A DNA stretch of 64,000 bases from Octopus sinensis (lineage: Eukaryota). Each line of letters starts with the position of its first letter. Position 1 is the stretch's first letter. The notes under the pieces are model-generated. The model was not told where the DNA came from. It saw only the letters and a program-made list of their open reading frames with translations, and searched no databases. The stretch lies in the NCBI RefSeq assembly GCF_006345805.1, contig NC_043007.1, positions 71,858,001 to 71,922,000 of the forward strand. Reading direction: 5' to 3'. This document shows, one piece after another, positions 50,608-63,029 of the stretch. Made by a program: the position numbers and the translations under genes.

Positions 50608-50831
50608 CAAATATTTTTATTATTTCCAAACTTCTTTATCATTGCTCTTTCTCATCCAGACAGTTTCTTTTTAAAGAATTTTGGTTCAAAAGTGACGTTT
50701 AGCTATCAACAAAGGAATTTACTAAATGCACACTTCCCTTCGTGCCTCTTACATTATGCAAAATGTTTCATTAGCTATGGGATATTTAGTAAATATTGGT
50801 AGGTTACCAAATTGTAGATGTAAGTTGTGTG

Positions 50832-50879
<48 letters not shown>

Positions 50880-51436
50880 TGGAGAGAGAGAGAGATGTTT
50901 ATAAAGAGCTGTATATAAATGCATGCTTATACAAGTGTGGGCTGAAAAGTTTATAGGCTGACTAAGAAAAAGTAATGTTAGAGCTATAAAACCTTGCTTG
51001 CATTAACTTCAACTCTTCTTATTAATAATGATATTGTTTCTTTTCAGGTAAACTGACATCTAAGAACATTTCAAAAGTATCTAGTAGTGACTAGATATTT
51101 TTGGCAGTGCAGTGTTATCAAGTATCTGTAGAAAAAATGGTTTATCTCCCAAGGACATTAATGCTGACATGCTTGCTATATTAGGTGATGACATTCCAGC
51201 TTCATCAACAGTGCAGAAATGGGAAGCTGAATTTAGGAGGGAAAGGGAGAATCCTGAAGATGGCCCAAGATCTGGATGTTCTGCAACTGCCACCACTGAG
51301 GAAAACATTGTACTCATCACATGGTGACAGATGACAGGTGATTGACTATAAATCAAATGGCCCATGCTATTAGCATATCCTGTGAGAGAGAGTTGAGAAT
51401 ATTCTACACAATGAACTTGGTATGATGAAGGTTTCT

Positions 51437-51663
51437 TATTTCTTTACTGCCCACAAGGGGCTACACACAGAGGGGACAAACAAGGACAAATGGATTATAT
51501 TGGCCCCAGTGCATAACTGGTACTTATTTAATTGACCCCGAAAGGATGAAAGGTAAAGTTGACCTTGGCAGAATTTGAACTCAGAATGTAGTGGCAGACG
51601 AAATACTGCTAAGCATTTCGCCAAGCGTGCTAACGTTTCTGCCAGCTCACTGCCTTTGAAGGC
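51437..51663 (-). mobile_element. SINE family C with 15-bp TSD
   Basis: ATGATGAAGGTTTCT at 51422-51436 and 51664-51678. Confidence 0.88.
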
Positions 51664-51802
51664 ATGATGAAGGTTTCTGCTTGGTAGGTGCCATGTCTTC
51701 TGATACCTGATCAAAAGCATACCATGCTGATCACATCACAAGAAAATCTGACATTGTTTGAAGCAGACCCAACTGGTTTCCTTGAACATTTCCTGACCCA
51801 AG

Positions 51803-52130
51803 ATCATCATCATCATCATTTAATGTCCGTTTTCCGTGCTAGCATGGGTTGGACGGTTCGACTGGGGTCTGGGAAGCCAGGAGACTGCACCGGGCTCCAG
51901 TCTGATCTGGCAGTGTTTCTACAGCTGGATACCCTTCCTAACACCAACCACTCCGTGAGTGTAGTGGGTGCTTTTTACGTGCCACCGGCACAGGTGCCAG
52001 GGGAGTCTGGCAGCGGCCACAATCGGTTGGTGCTTTTTACATGCCACCGGCACGGAAGCCAGTCAAGGCAGTGCTGGCATTGGCCACGTACGGATGGTGC
52101 TTTTTACGTGCCACCGGCACAGAAGCCAGT
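51803..52130 (-). mobile_element. Repeat family D inserted in the mariner remnant
   Basis: (CAT)n tail first on the plus strand; flanked by CAAGAT on both sides (possible TSD). Confidence 0.8.
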
Positions 52131-52319
52131 CGAGTCAAGATGAGTATTAAATTCATCGCTTTGAGCCAGAGATGAAGAGACAATCCATGCAGCGGAAACA
52201 CCCTCCTCCTCTGTTCCAAAGAAAGTGAAGGACGTTTCAGCTGAAGGAAAGGTGATGGCCTCAGTATTTTAGGATGCAAAAAGCATTGTATTTATTGACT
52301 ATCCTGCTTATCGCAGAGT

Positions 52320-52656
52320 GTTGAAGAGAGAGAGAGAGGGAGAGGGAGACAGAGAAAATGCAAGAGAGAGGGTGAGTGGAGAGGAAGAGACAAGAGATGA
52401 GAGAGAGAATGAAGAAGGAAGGAGAGAGGGGGAGAGACAGAGAAGAGGTGAGAGGGAGAGGGAGAGTGGAGAGACAAAGACAGACGAGGTGAGAGAGAGG
52501 GAGAGAGAGAAGGAAAGACAAGGAGGGAGAGACTAGGAAGAGGCGAGAAAGGGAGAATGGAGTGAGTGAGGGTGAATGGGGAGAGAGGAAGAGAAAGATA
52601 GAGAAGAGGTGTGTGTGTGCGTATGTGTGTGTGTGTATGTGTGTGTGTGTGTGTGC

Positions 52657-52690
<34 letters not shown>
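52320..52690. repeat. (GA)-rich and (GT)n low-complexity tract
   Basis: Direct inspection. Confidence 0.9.
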
Positions 52691-52694
<4 letters not shown>

Positions 52695-52934
52695 GTGAGA
52701 AAAGTATTTGTGTAGTTGGCCAAGAATGATGGCAAGGAGGTCAGGCAAGAGACCTGTTCTCCAATGTTCTTATAGAATACAATAGAATAATAAAAACGTA
52801 TTGTGGTTATATGATTTCCTGTTACTGGATAGCAAGTAATCTGGATAAATATTTTAGAAGATGGTTATGCCATGAATGGATGCCAAACAGGTACAGAAAA
52901 TATGTGCAAAACAAGCAGCTTGAAGAAAATTCTG

Positions 52935-53395
52935 AACACCTTACTTCCCTGGGCATGGACACATTGAAACTCCGATGTCTGGCAGCTGACTTGGCAGACA
53001 CCCATAAAATTATCAACCATCTTACAAACAATAACTCTGAGCACCTTTTCGAACTCCACCTGTCAAACACCCGTGGACATATTTACAAAGTCAGAAAACA
53101 GCACAGCTCCCATGACTTCAGGAAATATTTTTTCATGCTGAGAGTTGCTGAAGCATGGAACAAACTGCTGGCATCAGTTGTTAGTTGTCGGAGCACTGCA
53201 TCCTTCAAAACTTCCATGCTTCCTGAGATTCGCCAACACTACACCTGATTTTCTCCCCTCCACAAGCATGTATCTGACTCATACATTGTTCGCTTTCCAG
53301 ACATTTGTACATTACTGCATATACTTTATACGCACTTTCTGACAAGTTGTGGTGCACCTGAGCACTGTATACAATAATTTCATTATTATTATTAA
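52935..53395 (+). mobile_element. CR1-clade LINE, 3' end
   Basis: LGMDTLKLRCLAADL...NTRGHIYKV...FRKYFFMLRVAEAWNKL...SFK followed by a 3' UTR and (ATT)n tail. Confidence 0.8.
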
Positions 53396-53499
53396 AATAA
53401 GACAAAAGCAGGGTTCGAAATTCCGTTACATGAACTGGTGTGTATACCACCACCACCACCACAACCACCACCATCATTATCATGACCTAAACCAACAAA

Positions 53500-55905
53500 T
53501 ATTGGCAGATATTTATCGAGAATGGTCGGTGGGTTAACTCAATAACTCCCAGTATTTCACTTGTACCTTAGTTTATCGATCCTGAAACGGTGAAAGGGCA
53601 AAAGTTGGCCTTCGATGAGATTAAAACACAGACGTTAAAAGCTCAAATATTTTCTTACAAAGGTATAAGTATAGTTTTATTTTGGCGTGAAGGAACAGTC
53701 GATTTTAATCGATTATAGTGCATGATCGATTCTTTATTTTATTGAACCTAGATGGACGAGAAGCAATTTTGACTTTGACGAGATTTGAACCTAGAACACA
53801 AAGGGCTGTAACTAAATACCGCAAGAAATTTTATCTGATATTCTCCTGATAACATCAATACATCATTCTCCGAATATTGGTTACAAATTTTGGCACAAGT
53901 CCAGTAGTTTTGGGGGAGAAGATAAGTCGATTACATCTACCCGAGTGCTTAACTTGTACTTATTTTATCGACCCTGAAAAAATGAAAGGTAAAGTTGACT
54001 TGGGCGGAATTTTGAACTGTGAACAGACGAAATGCTACTAAGTATTTTGCCTGGCGTAGTAACAATTTTGCCGCTCGCTGCTTCTTCAGTCACAAAAGAT
54101 TAGTTTCAAATTTAGGCGCAAGGCCAGCAGGTTTTGGGAAGGCGGTAAAGCGCTAACATCGCCTCCCAGCGATCCACTGGTACTTATTTTATGGCCCCCA
54201 AAAGGATGAAAGGTAAAGTCAATTTAGAACATATATATTTCTTTACTACCCACAAGGGGCTAAACATAGAGGGGACAAACAAGGACGGACAAACGGATTA
54301 AGTCGATTACATCGATCCAGTGCGAAACTGGTACTTTATTTATCGACCCCGAGAGGATGAAAGGCAAAGTCGGCGGAATTTGAACTCAGAACGTAACGAC
54401 AGACGAAATACGGCTAAGCATTTCGCCCAGCGCGCTAACGCTCTGCTCGCTGGCTGTTTTTTCAGTCTCCAAATATTGAACATACTTTATATTATTTACT
54501 TTTTGAGAAGAAACAATAAGGATTGCAGGTAAAGGGAGGTAACTTTGTTTTAGTTACATCAAGTTTTTTTTTTAGCGGTCCAAGGGAGGCAACTGCAAAT
54601 CTTTTATTACTACATTTTAGAACTTTTATCTTTTGTAAAAAGTAAAAATAAAGGGTTTCATTGTCGTTATTAACAGCAATTGCATCATGTCTAAATCATT
54701 TTCGTTCATTTTCCCTGAACAATTGATCTCCTAACAGATGAGACTCTGTACGGTCACTCAAACTGCCTGAAAGAGCAGCCAAATTTCCTCAAAGCACAGC
54801 CTGCTGTCTTAAAAAGGAAAACGTACTCGTAGGTTATAAAATTTAGCGGGTAATTTGCAGTAATTAGCTGCTGTTTTTTACAAGTCGAGTGGCGACATAG
54901 ATTCCACTTGGTGGTTCGTTTGTTTTCTTAGGTTATTTAGAAAATGTTTTATAAAACAAGATGCATACACATATATATATAAGTACTGATGTTGACTATT
55001 AAATTCTTCAAAGTGATGCCCCAGTATGGTCCCAGTCTAATCACTGAAAGATAAAAGATAAAATGATAATACAAATGGTTTCAAATTTTGGCGCAATGCC
55101 AGCTATTTTAAGTGAGATGGTGGCCGATCAATTATATTGATCCCAATGCTCGAGCCACTATTTTATTTTATTGATCTTGAAAGAATGACAGGTAAATTTG
55201 ATATTGGCAGAATTTGAACTCAAAATGCAAATTGTTGGAAGAAATTCTGCTAAGCATTTTGCCCAATGCTTTAACAATTCTTCCAGCTTTACTCTTTTAC
55301 TCTTTTACTTGTTTCAGTCATTTCACTGTGGCCATGCTGGAGCACCACCTTTAATCGAGCAACTCGACCCCGAGACTTATTCTTTGTAAGCCCAGTACTT
55401 ATTCTATCGGTCTCTTTTGCTGAACCGCTAAGTGACGGGACATAAACACACCAGCATCGGTTGTCAAGCAATGATAGGGGGACAAACAGAAACATACAAA
55501 CACACACACACATACATATATATATACATATATACGACGGGCTTCTTTCAGTTTCCATCTACCAAATCCACTCACAAGGCTTTGGTCAGCCCGAGGCTAT
55601 AGTAGAAGACACTTGCCCAAGGTGCCACGCAGTGGGACTGAACTCGGAACTATGTGGTTGGTAAACAAGCTACTTACCACACAATAAATGATGATGATGA
55701 TGATGAGGCACAAGGTCTGAAATTTTGCAAGGTGGGTTAAATTGATTACATTGACCGGGTGTTCAACTGGTACTTTATTTTATTGACCCCAAAAGCTAGT
55801 AAGGTAAAGTCGACCTCAGCTGAATTTAAACTCAGAACATAAAGATGGCTGAAAAGCTGCTAAGCATTTTGCCTGATGCACTAATGATTCTACCAGCTTG
55901 CTATT
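53500..55905 (-). mobile_element. Cluster of about 7 SINE family C copies of differing age, plus one family A copy (55289-55683)
   Basis: Repeated TACTTATTTTATCGACCC.GAAAGGATGAAAGG.AAAGT...GAATTTGAACTCAGAAC cores. The youngest copy is 54236-54450. Confidence 0.75.
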
Positions 55906-55959
55906 TTTATATGATAATAATAATAATAATAATAATTATAATAATAATAATAATAATCA

Positions 55960-56290
55960 TGATAATAAATACCCTGATGCAGTACCAAGCAGTGGCTCTC
56001 ATGACTTCTTATCTTAACTTATTGGAAGTGTTATCATGTACATTGATTTGTCTTGGTATAAAAGATGGGCTACAGCAAATATTCTGCTCAATACCACAGA
56101 TTTGCGTGTCAGTTGTTTGACCTTAATCAGTTGAGCATGTCCCTTAGTGGCTGATGATATGTGCATCTCTGATCATGAGCAGAAGTACTGGGGGAGCATC
56201 ATAGCCATGTGTTGAGAGGAATCCTTTGGGGTTTGGATAATTCACCTTTGGAAATGTGGGTGTTTCGTTAAACATCCTCAAACAACACGT
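55960..56290. mobile_element. Interspersed repeat family H
   Basis: Reverse-complement match to 21010-21320. Confidence 0.7.
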
Positions 56291-56739
56291 GTGTGTGTGT
56301 GTGTGTATAGTATAAAATAACAGTACAAACCCCATAATATTTGTGTTTAATGTTAGTATTATTTTAATTATAGAAGATAAACGATTGAACTATCACAATT
56401 GATGGCATTTAAGACATCCTTTTTCTACAAAAAAGATTTTTTTAAAATCCCTTCCGGACCTATATTTGAAGTTGGGTCATTATTGCATGCTTTAACTACC
56501 CTCCCATCATTGTTCCCTGTGATTTGGCCCTCTCTATCTCACTATGACTTGTCTCTGTTCCTAAACTCTCTTCTCTCTCCCTCTGTTTCTTTGTCCTTCT
56601 GGGGTAGCCAAGTATCTCCTCTGTAGTAAGACAGCTATCCTTGATCTATCATTCTTCAACCTCTTTCCTGGTACATCGCCACTTCTCTCAGTTCCTCTCC
56701 CTGTCTCAGCTGAGAGGTCCTTGTCTTGCAAAGCTACCA

Positions 56740-57720
56740 GATGCTGGTGTCACCTAAAAAGCACCTGTACTGATGCCATGTAAAAAAAAGACCTGTACTG
56801 GTGGCCATAGAAAAAGCACCTATGCTGGTGCTACAAAAAAAAGCACCCATGCTGGTGCCACATGGAAAAACACCTGTACTAGTGTCATGTAAAAAGCATC
56901 CATGCTAGTGCCACATGGAAAACACCTATACTAGTGTCATGTAAAAAGCACCCATGCTAGTTCCACATGAAAAGCACCCATGCTGGTGCCACATGGAAAA
57001 CACCTGTACTAGTGTCATGTAAAAAGCTTCCATGCTAGTGCCACATGGAAAACACCTGTACTAGTGTCATGTAAAAAGCACCCATGCTAGTTCCACATGA
57101 AAAGCACCCATGCTGGTGCCACATGGAAAACACCTGTACTAGTGTCATGTAAAAAGCACCCATGCTGGTGCCACATGGAAAAACACCTGTACTAGTGTCA
57201 TGTAAAAAGCACCCATGCTGGTACCACATGGAAAAACACCTGTACTAGTGTCATGTAAAAAGCACCCATGCTGGTGCCACATGGAAAAACACCTGTATTA
57301 GTGTCATGTAAAAAGCACCCATGCTAGTGCCACATGAAAAGCACCTGTGCTGGTGCCACATAAAGAGCATCTGTGCTGGCATCATGTAAAAAATATTCAT
57401 GTTGGTGCCTTGTAAAAGGCACATGTGCTTACACTATGTAGAAGCAGCTATGTTGGTTCTATGCAAAAAGCACCCCTGTTGGTACCACATAAAAACACCC
57501 ATGCTTATGCCACATGAAAAGCACCTCTACTGATGCCATGTGAGAAATACTCAGTACATTCTGTTGAATGGTTGCTCTTAGGAAAGGCATCTAGTTGCCA
57601 AACAGATAAATTGGAGTCTGGTGGGACTCTCCAGCTTACCAGCTCATCAAACCATCCAGCCCATTACAGCATGGAAAACAAATGTTAAATAATGTTGTTG
57701 TTGTTGTTGTTGATGATGAT
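56740..57720 (+). repeat. About 26-bp minisatellite array (about 30 monomers, higher-order structure) at the 5' end of a family D repeat
   Basis: Alternating AAAAGCACCCATGCTGGTGCCACATGG and AAAAACACCTGTACTAGTGTCATGTA units, followed by the family D core and tail. Confidence 0.9.
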
Positions 57721-57890
57721 GGTGATGGTGATGGTGATGATGATGATGATGATGGTGGTGGCGGTGGTGGTGATGGTGATGATGGTGGTGGTGGTGGTGG
57801 TGATGGTGATGGTGGTTTTGGTGATGGTGGTGATGGTGATGATGGTGATGATGATGATGACGATGATGATGATGATGATGATGATGATCT
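57700..57890. repeat. (GAT)/(GGT) trinucleotide repeat
   Basis: Direct inspection. Confidence 0.9.
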
Positions 57891-59080
57891 GGTGCTGCTG
57901 AAATTGGTTTGCATCCAATGTGTCCATGTGTCTTTTACGCCATCAACTATGGTATTGTAGCATAAGGTTTTGAAACAGCAACTCTGAAGAATCTTGCTGT
58001 GTATTTGGGTTAGACTCTTAATGTTAGATGCCTGAGGTCGACCAATTGTAAGAAATTGTCAGAAAGACTATCTGGGAATTCTACATGCTATAGTGATGTC
58101 ATAACAATGTTATTTATTTCTCATCAAGTTTATTCCAGAAATTAAGCATCAACTCTTTTGAACTTCATGTTTTTAGAAACATTTACATTCCTATCAATGT
58201 CAGACGAGTTGATGAAAAATGTTTCATCATTACGTGAGGAATTTTTAGCTTCCTAATCTAAAATGTCTTTGTAATTACGATGCCAGCACTTTGTTCATTT
58301 TTAACAGTAGCAGAACTGGTGAATATTTTTTTTGGCCCAACGTCAATAGTAAGACATTCCAAACATGACACTCCCATCTCACTTTCAGACATACTGCATT
58401 ATCCAATCTGTTTGCTTTCATGTGGATTGAGCACAATTTTAAGAGGATTTGGCTGCTATTTCTCGCAGGTCAAGTGACTATGTAAAAGATATTGTTGCTT
58501 GGCCCCAGCTCAACCCTGATTAAGGAAACACACAATTAAATATATGCCAACCACTGCCATCTCATCGTTTTAGTCTTTCAGATATAATTTCTGCAGAATC
58601 ACTGTATCTAAGGTGTCCTCACGTGTTTCTTTAAGAAAGTACAATGAAATTTGAGGGAAGTTTGAATGGTTACTATTTCTAGCAAGTCAACCGCTTGGAA
58701 GTTCTTCCTTTGAGTTATGATTGACAGAAGTGGTGTTTAACATAGAACTGAAATTCCAGATTTCACCTTGTACACTACAAGCTTGACACATTTTTCTCTG
58801 AAAAAGAGGTTATCTTTCCTCTTTTACGCATTTCAGTCTTTTGACTCTGGCCATCCTGGGGCACTGCCTTGCAGGGTTTTAGTTGAATGAATCAATCCCA
58901 GTACTATCTTTTTTTAAAAGCCTGGTACTTATTCTATCAGGCTCTTTTGCTGAACTACAAAATTTTGGTGACTTTAAACACACCAACACTGGCCGTGGAG
59001 GGGGACAAAGACACACACATTATACACATATATGAATACAAACATACACACACACACATATATGAATACATATATATGCA

Positions 59081-59146
<66 letters not shown>

Positions 59147-59159
59147 CATATATATGTAT

Positions 59160-59345
59160 GTGTGTATAACGGGAAGGTTTACAAAAATAAACAAAAGACG
59201 AAGGCAAGTGGAGTACAAACAAATGTATTAGTATGACGCTCAGGAATAGAAATAGAACAAGTCTTTTATGTTTCGAGCCTACGCTCTTCGACAGAAAGAT
59301 ACACAGAAAAAAAAACAAGGAGAGAAACAAGGATAGAAAAAAATG
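59160..59345 (-). mobile_element. Repeat family P with HHR-like variant motif (59261-59299)
   Basis: TCTTT-CTGTCGA-A-GAGC GTAG GCTC-GAAA-CA-TA-AAAGA. Confidence 0.65.
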
Positions 59346-59421
59346 CGTGTAGGAGCTAACAATCTATCATGGTGTTGATGTGTGTGTATATATATATATA
59401 TATATAATATTAATTTACAGG

Positions 59422-59668
59422 AGATGGATTCAGTATTAAACCTTTATTGGGCACAACATATACTTCGACCCATATCAGTCTGGGTCTCATCAGGTACATT
59501 GATAAAGATATTTAGTGTTGGCTGACTTGTTATATGTCCATCAAATTAGGACATATAACAACAAGTCAGCTGACACTAAAAATCTGTAGTGAGACATATC
59601 TTTATCGATGTACCTGATGGGTCAAAACATAAGTTGTATCCAATAAAGATTTAATACCGAATCCATCT
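59422..59668. mobile_element. Fold-back element with degenerate HHR motifs in both arms
   Basis: Outer arms 59422-59504 and 59594-59668; inner hairpin about 59505-59578. Confidence 0.75.
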
Positions 59669-59869
59669 TCTGTTCATTAATACTCTTACCCTAACTGCCA
59701 CTGTGAAGTTCCTGAAATAGATCCAACAGAAGTGTACCACGACTGTGGATCACAGCAGGTAGCTTAAACTGTGCTGGTGCTCTACTCAACATTTAAACAC
59801 ACTAATTGACTTACACTTATTTGGCCAAATTATTTATTATTATTATCATTTTTATTATTATTATAATAT

Positions 59870-59870
59870 A

Positions 59871-59906
<36 letters not shown>

Positions 59907-60089
59907 TGTATGTATGTACGCATGTATGCATGTATGTATGTGTGTGTGTATGTATGTATGTATGCATGTATGCATGTATGTATGTGTGTGTGTATGTGTG
60001 TATGTATCTATGCATGTATGCATGTATGTATGTATGTATGTATGCATGTATGTATGTATGCATGCATGTATGTATGTATATCTATATGA

Positions 60090-60142
<53 letters not shown>

Positions 60143-60309
60143 TATATATCGTGACGTTAAAGACTCTTTCACTTCCCGAGTGTTAAACTAATACATCTGT
60201 TTGTTGTCTACACCACCTGTCTTTGTCTTTTGTTTTTTTATGAATCCTCTCCCTATATATATATGTATGTATGTATATATATATATATATATATGTATAT
60301 ATGAAACAC

Positions 60310-60372
<63 letters not shown>

Positions 60373-60383
60373 ATATATATATG

Positions 60384-60419
<36 letters not shown>

Positions 60420-60490
60420 CATACACACACATACACACATTTATATACATACACCCACACGCACATATATATACATACATGTATACATAC
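59870..60490. repeat. (ATGT)n and (TA)n microsatellites
   Basis: Direct inspection. Confidence 0.9.
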
Positions 60491-60631
60491 AATGGGGTGC
60501 TGAAAAGTTTCTGGCTTTAAGGGTATTGCGAAAGGGATGATTGGCAGCCCAAACTTCTGAGTTTTTTTTTTGCAGGGCTTAGAAAGGCTGAAGGACTACT
60601 GCAAAAAGTGTGTGAATCTGAGAGGGGAATA
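60490..60631 (+). mobile_element. mariner-type short remnant
   Basis: TA-CAATGGGGTGCTGAAAAGTTTCTGGC TIR-like start, similar to 50930. Confidence 0.5.
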
Positions 60632-61036
60632 TTACTCTTTTACTCTTTTACTTGTTTCAGTCATTTGACTGCGGCCATGCTGGAGCACTGCCTTTAGTTG
60701 AGCAAATCGACCCTGGGACTTATTCTTTGTAAGCCCAGTACTTATTCTATCGGTCTCTTTTGCCGAACCGCTAAGTGATGGGGACGTAAACACACCAGTA
60801 TCAGTTGTCAAGCAATGCTAGGGAGACAAACACAGACACACAAACACACACATACATACATATATATATATATACATATATATGACAGGCTTCTTTCAGT
60901 TTCCATCTACCAAATACACTCACAAGGCATTGGTCGGCCCGGGGCTATAGCAGAAGACACTTGCCCAAGATACCACGCAGTGGGACTGAACCCGGAACCA
61001 TGTGGTTGGTTAGCATGCTACTTACCACACAGCCAC
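60632..61036 (-). mobile_element. SINE family A
   Basis: Family A tail to head. Confidence 0.9.
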
Positions 61037-61369
61037 AAACACATGCACGTGCATGCACACACACACACACGTGCGTGCACACACACACACACAACTCAAT
61101 CTTGTTCTATTTCAACAATGAGTTTTCGACGGTAATGTTGATTAAAATCATAATTAACTGATCCTCCTGCATTTTCTTTTACCCAAATCCAGGAACTTGT
61201 GTCAGCTGACTTGTTGTTATATGTCCATCAAGTTAGGACATAAAACAACAAGTCAGCTGACACTAAAAATCTGTAGTGAGACATATCTTTATCGATACTT
61301 GATGGGTCAAAACATAAGTTGTATCCAATAAAGATTTAATACCAAATCCATCTTCCGTTAATTAATACT

Positions 61370-61588
61370 TATTTCTTTACTACCCACAATAGGTGATAAA
61401 CAAGGACAGACAAATGGATTAAGTCGAGTACATCGACCCCCAGTGCGTAACTGGTACTTATTTAATCGACCCCGAAAGGATGAAAGGCAAAGTCGACCTC
61501 GGTGGAATTTGAACTCAGAACGTAACGGCAGACAAAATACGGCTACGCATTTCGCCCCGCGTGCTAACGTTTCTGCCATCTCGCCGCC
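61370..61588 (-). mobile_element. SINE family C with 12-bp TSD
   Basis: TTAATTAATACT at 61358-61369 and 61589-61600. Confidence 0.9.
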
Positions 61589-62264
61589 TTAATTAATACT
61601 ATTACCCTAACTGTTAATTAATACTATTACCCTAACTGCCACAGCGAAGTTCCTGATTCTGTCTACCAAATCCACTCACAAAGCTGTGGTCAAGCCAAGG
61701 ATATGATAGAAGACACTTGCCCAAGGTGCCACACAGTGGGACTGAACCCAGAACTATGTGTTTGGGAAGCAAACTTCTTACAACACAGCCACCATTTTTT
61801 AGAGAATATTCCAGAGATTGAAGTCAGTTCTATGGACTATTCCAGAATATGTCTTCAGGCAACAATTGTTGGCAGCAGCAAAGTTATTTAAACTTTAACT
61901 CTAAAGAAATCCATTGCCTAAGTGTAGCAAACCCTTTTGGAAATAATCAAGAATTTGGTTGAATTTATCGAAATAACTTTTGTCGTTATTGAAATGGTTC
62001 TTGGAATCTTAAGAATATTTTAAACAAAGCATCTTTGTGTCAACCACCTCCAGGTCGTTTCAGTTGGTGTAAAATGGGTTAATGACTTTTGTTTAATTTT
62101 ATTCTCATGAGAAAAGAAATCTTTTAGGATGATCATAACACACACACACACAGACATATACTTACACATACAAATACATGAAACATGCACACATGAAAAC
62201 TCACATTCATACTCACAAAAGCTTAAACACATAAACACATACACACAAACACATGCACGCGCGT

Positions 62265-62319
<55 letters not shown>

Positions 62320-62551
62320 CACACACAACTCAATCTTGTTCTATTTCAACAATGAGCTTTCGGCTGTAATTTCAACTAATGATCTTATGATTCTAATGAC
62401 TCAATGAATTAATGTAGAAGTGGATGAATATTCCACACACACATATATGATTAATGTAAACTAGTAGGATTCTTGGAACTTCCACACAATGGAAACAATT
62501 AAGAGGACCAATTTAAGAAAGAAAGGATGATTTGCATTTTTATAGCATTCA

Positions 62552-62951
62552 TACTCTTTTACATGTTTCCGTCATTTGACTGTGGCCATGCTGGAGCACT
62601 GCCTTTAGTCGAGCAAATCGACCCCAGGACTTATTCTTTGTAAGCTTAGTACTTATTCTATCAGTCTCTTTCTGCCGAACCGCTAAGTTACAGGGACATA
62701 AACACACCAGCATCAGTTGTCAAGCGATGTTGGAGGGACAAACACAGACACACAAGCACACACACATTTATATACATATATGTATATACGACGGGCTTCT
62801 TTCAGTTTCCGTCCACCAAATCCACTCACAAGGTTTTGGTCGGCCCGAGGCTATAGTAGAAGACACTTGCCCAAGGTATCATGCAGTGGGACTGAACCCG
62901 GAACCATGTGGTTGGTGAGCAAACTACATATCACACAACCAATCCTGCACC
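62552..62951 (-). mobile_element. SINE family A
   Basis: Family A tail to head. Confidence 0.9.
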
Positions 62952-63029
62952 TAGTTCAGCATCCTTTAAATATTCATAGTTTAGCTTTCTTTAAATATTC
63001 TTGACCGAATTGAACCAGCCAGGACCCCT

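Larger units (their letters stand above)
50930..52310 (+). mobile_element. mariner-family transposon remnant, interrupted by SINE C and repeat D
   Basis: GLSPKDINADML..LGDDIPASSTVQKWEAEFRR.RE..EDGPRSG; LLIPDQK...FLTQD; ...EGKVMASVF*DAKSIVFIDY. Left end GCTGAAAAGTT is TIR-like. Confidence 0.85.

Noticed and set aside
56740-57540. CRISPR-like appearance of the regular repeats
   Set aside because: There are no unique spacers, the units are contiguous tandem monomers, there are no cas genes, and the context is eukaryotic.
57636-57960. Poly-Ser/Pro and poly-Asp/Gly ORFs
   Set aside because: They are translations of a GAT/GGT trinucleotide repeat extending the family D tail.
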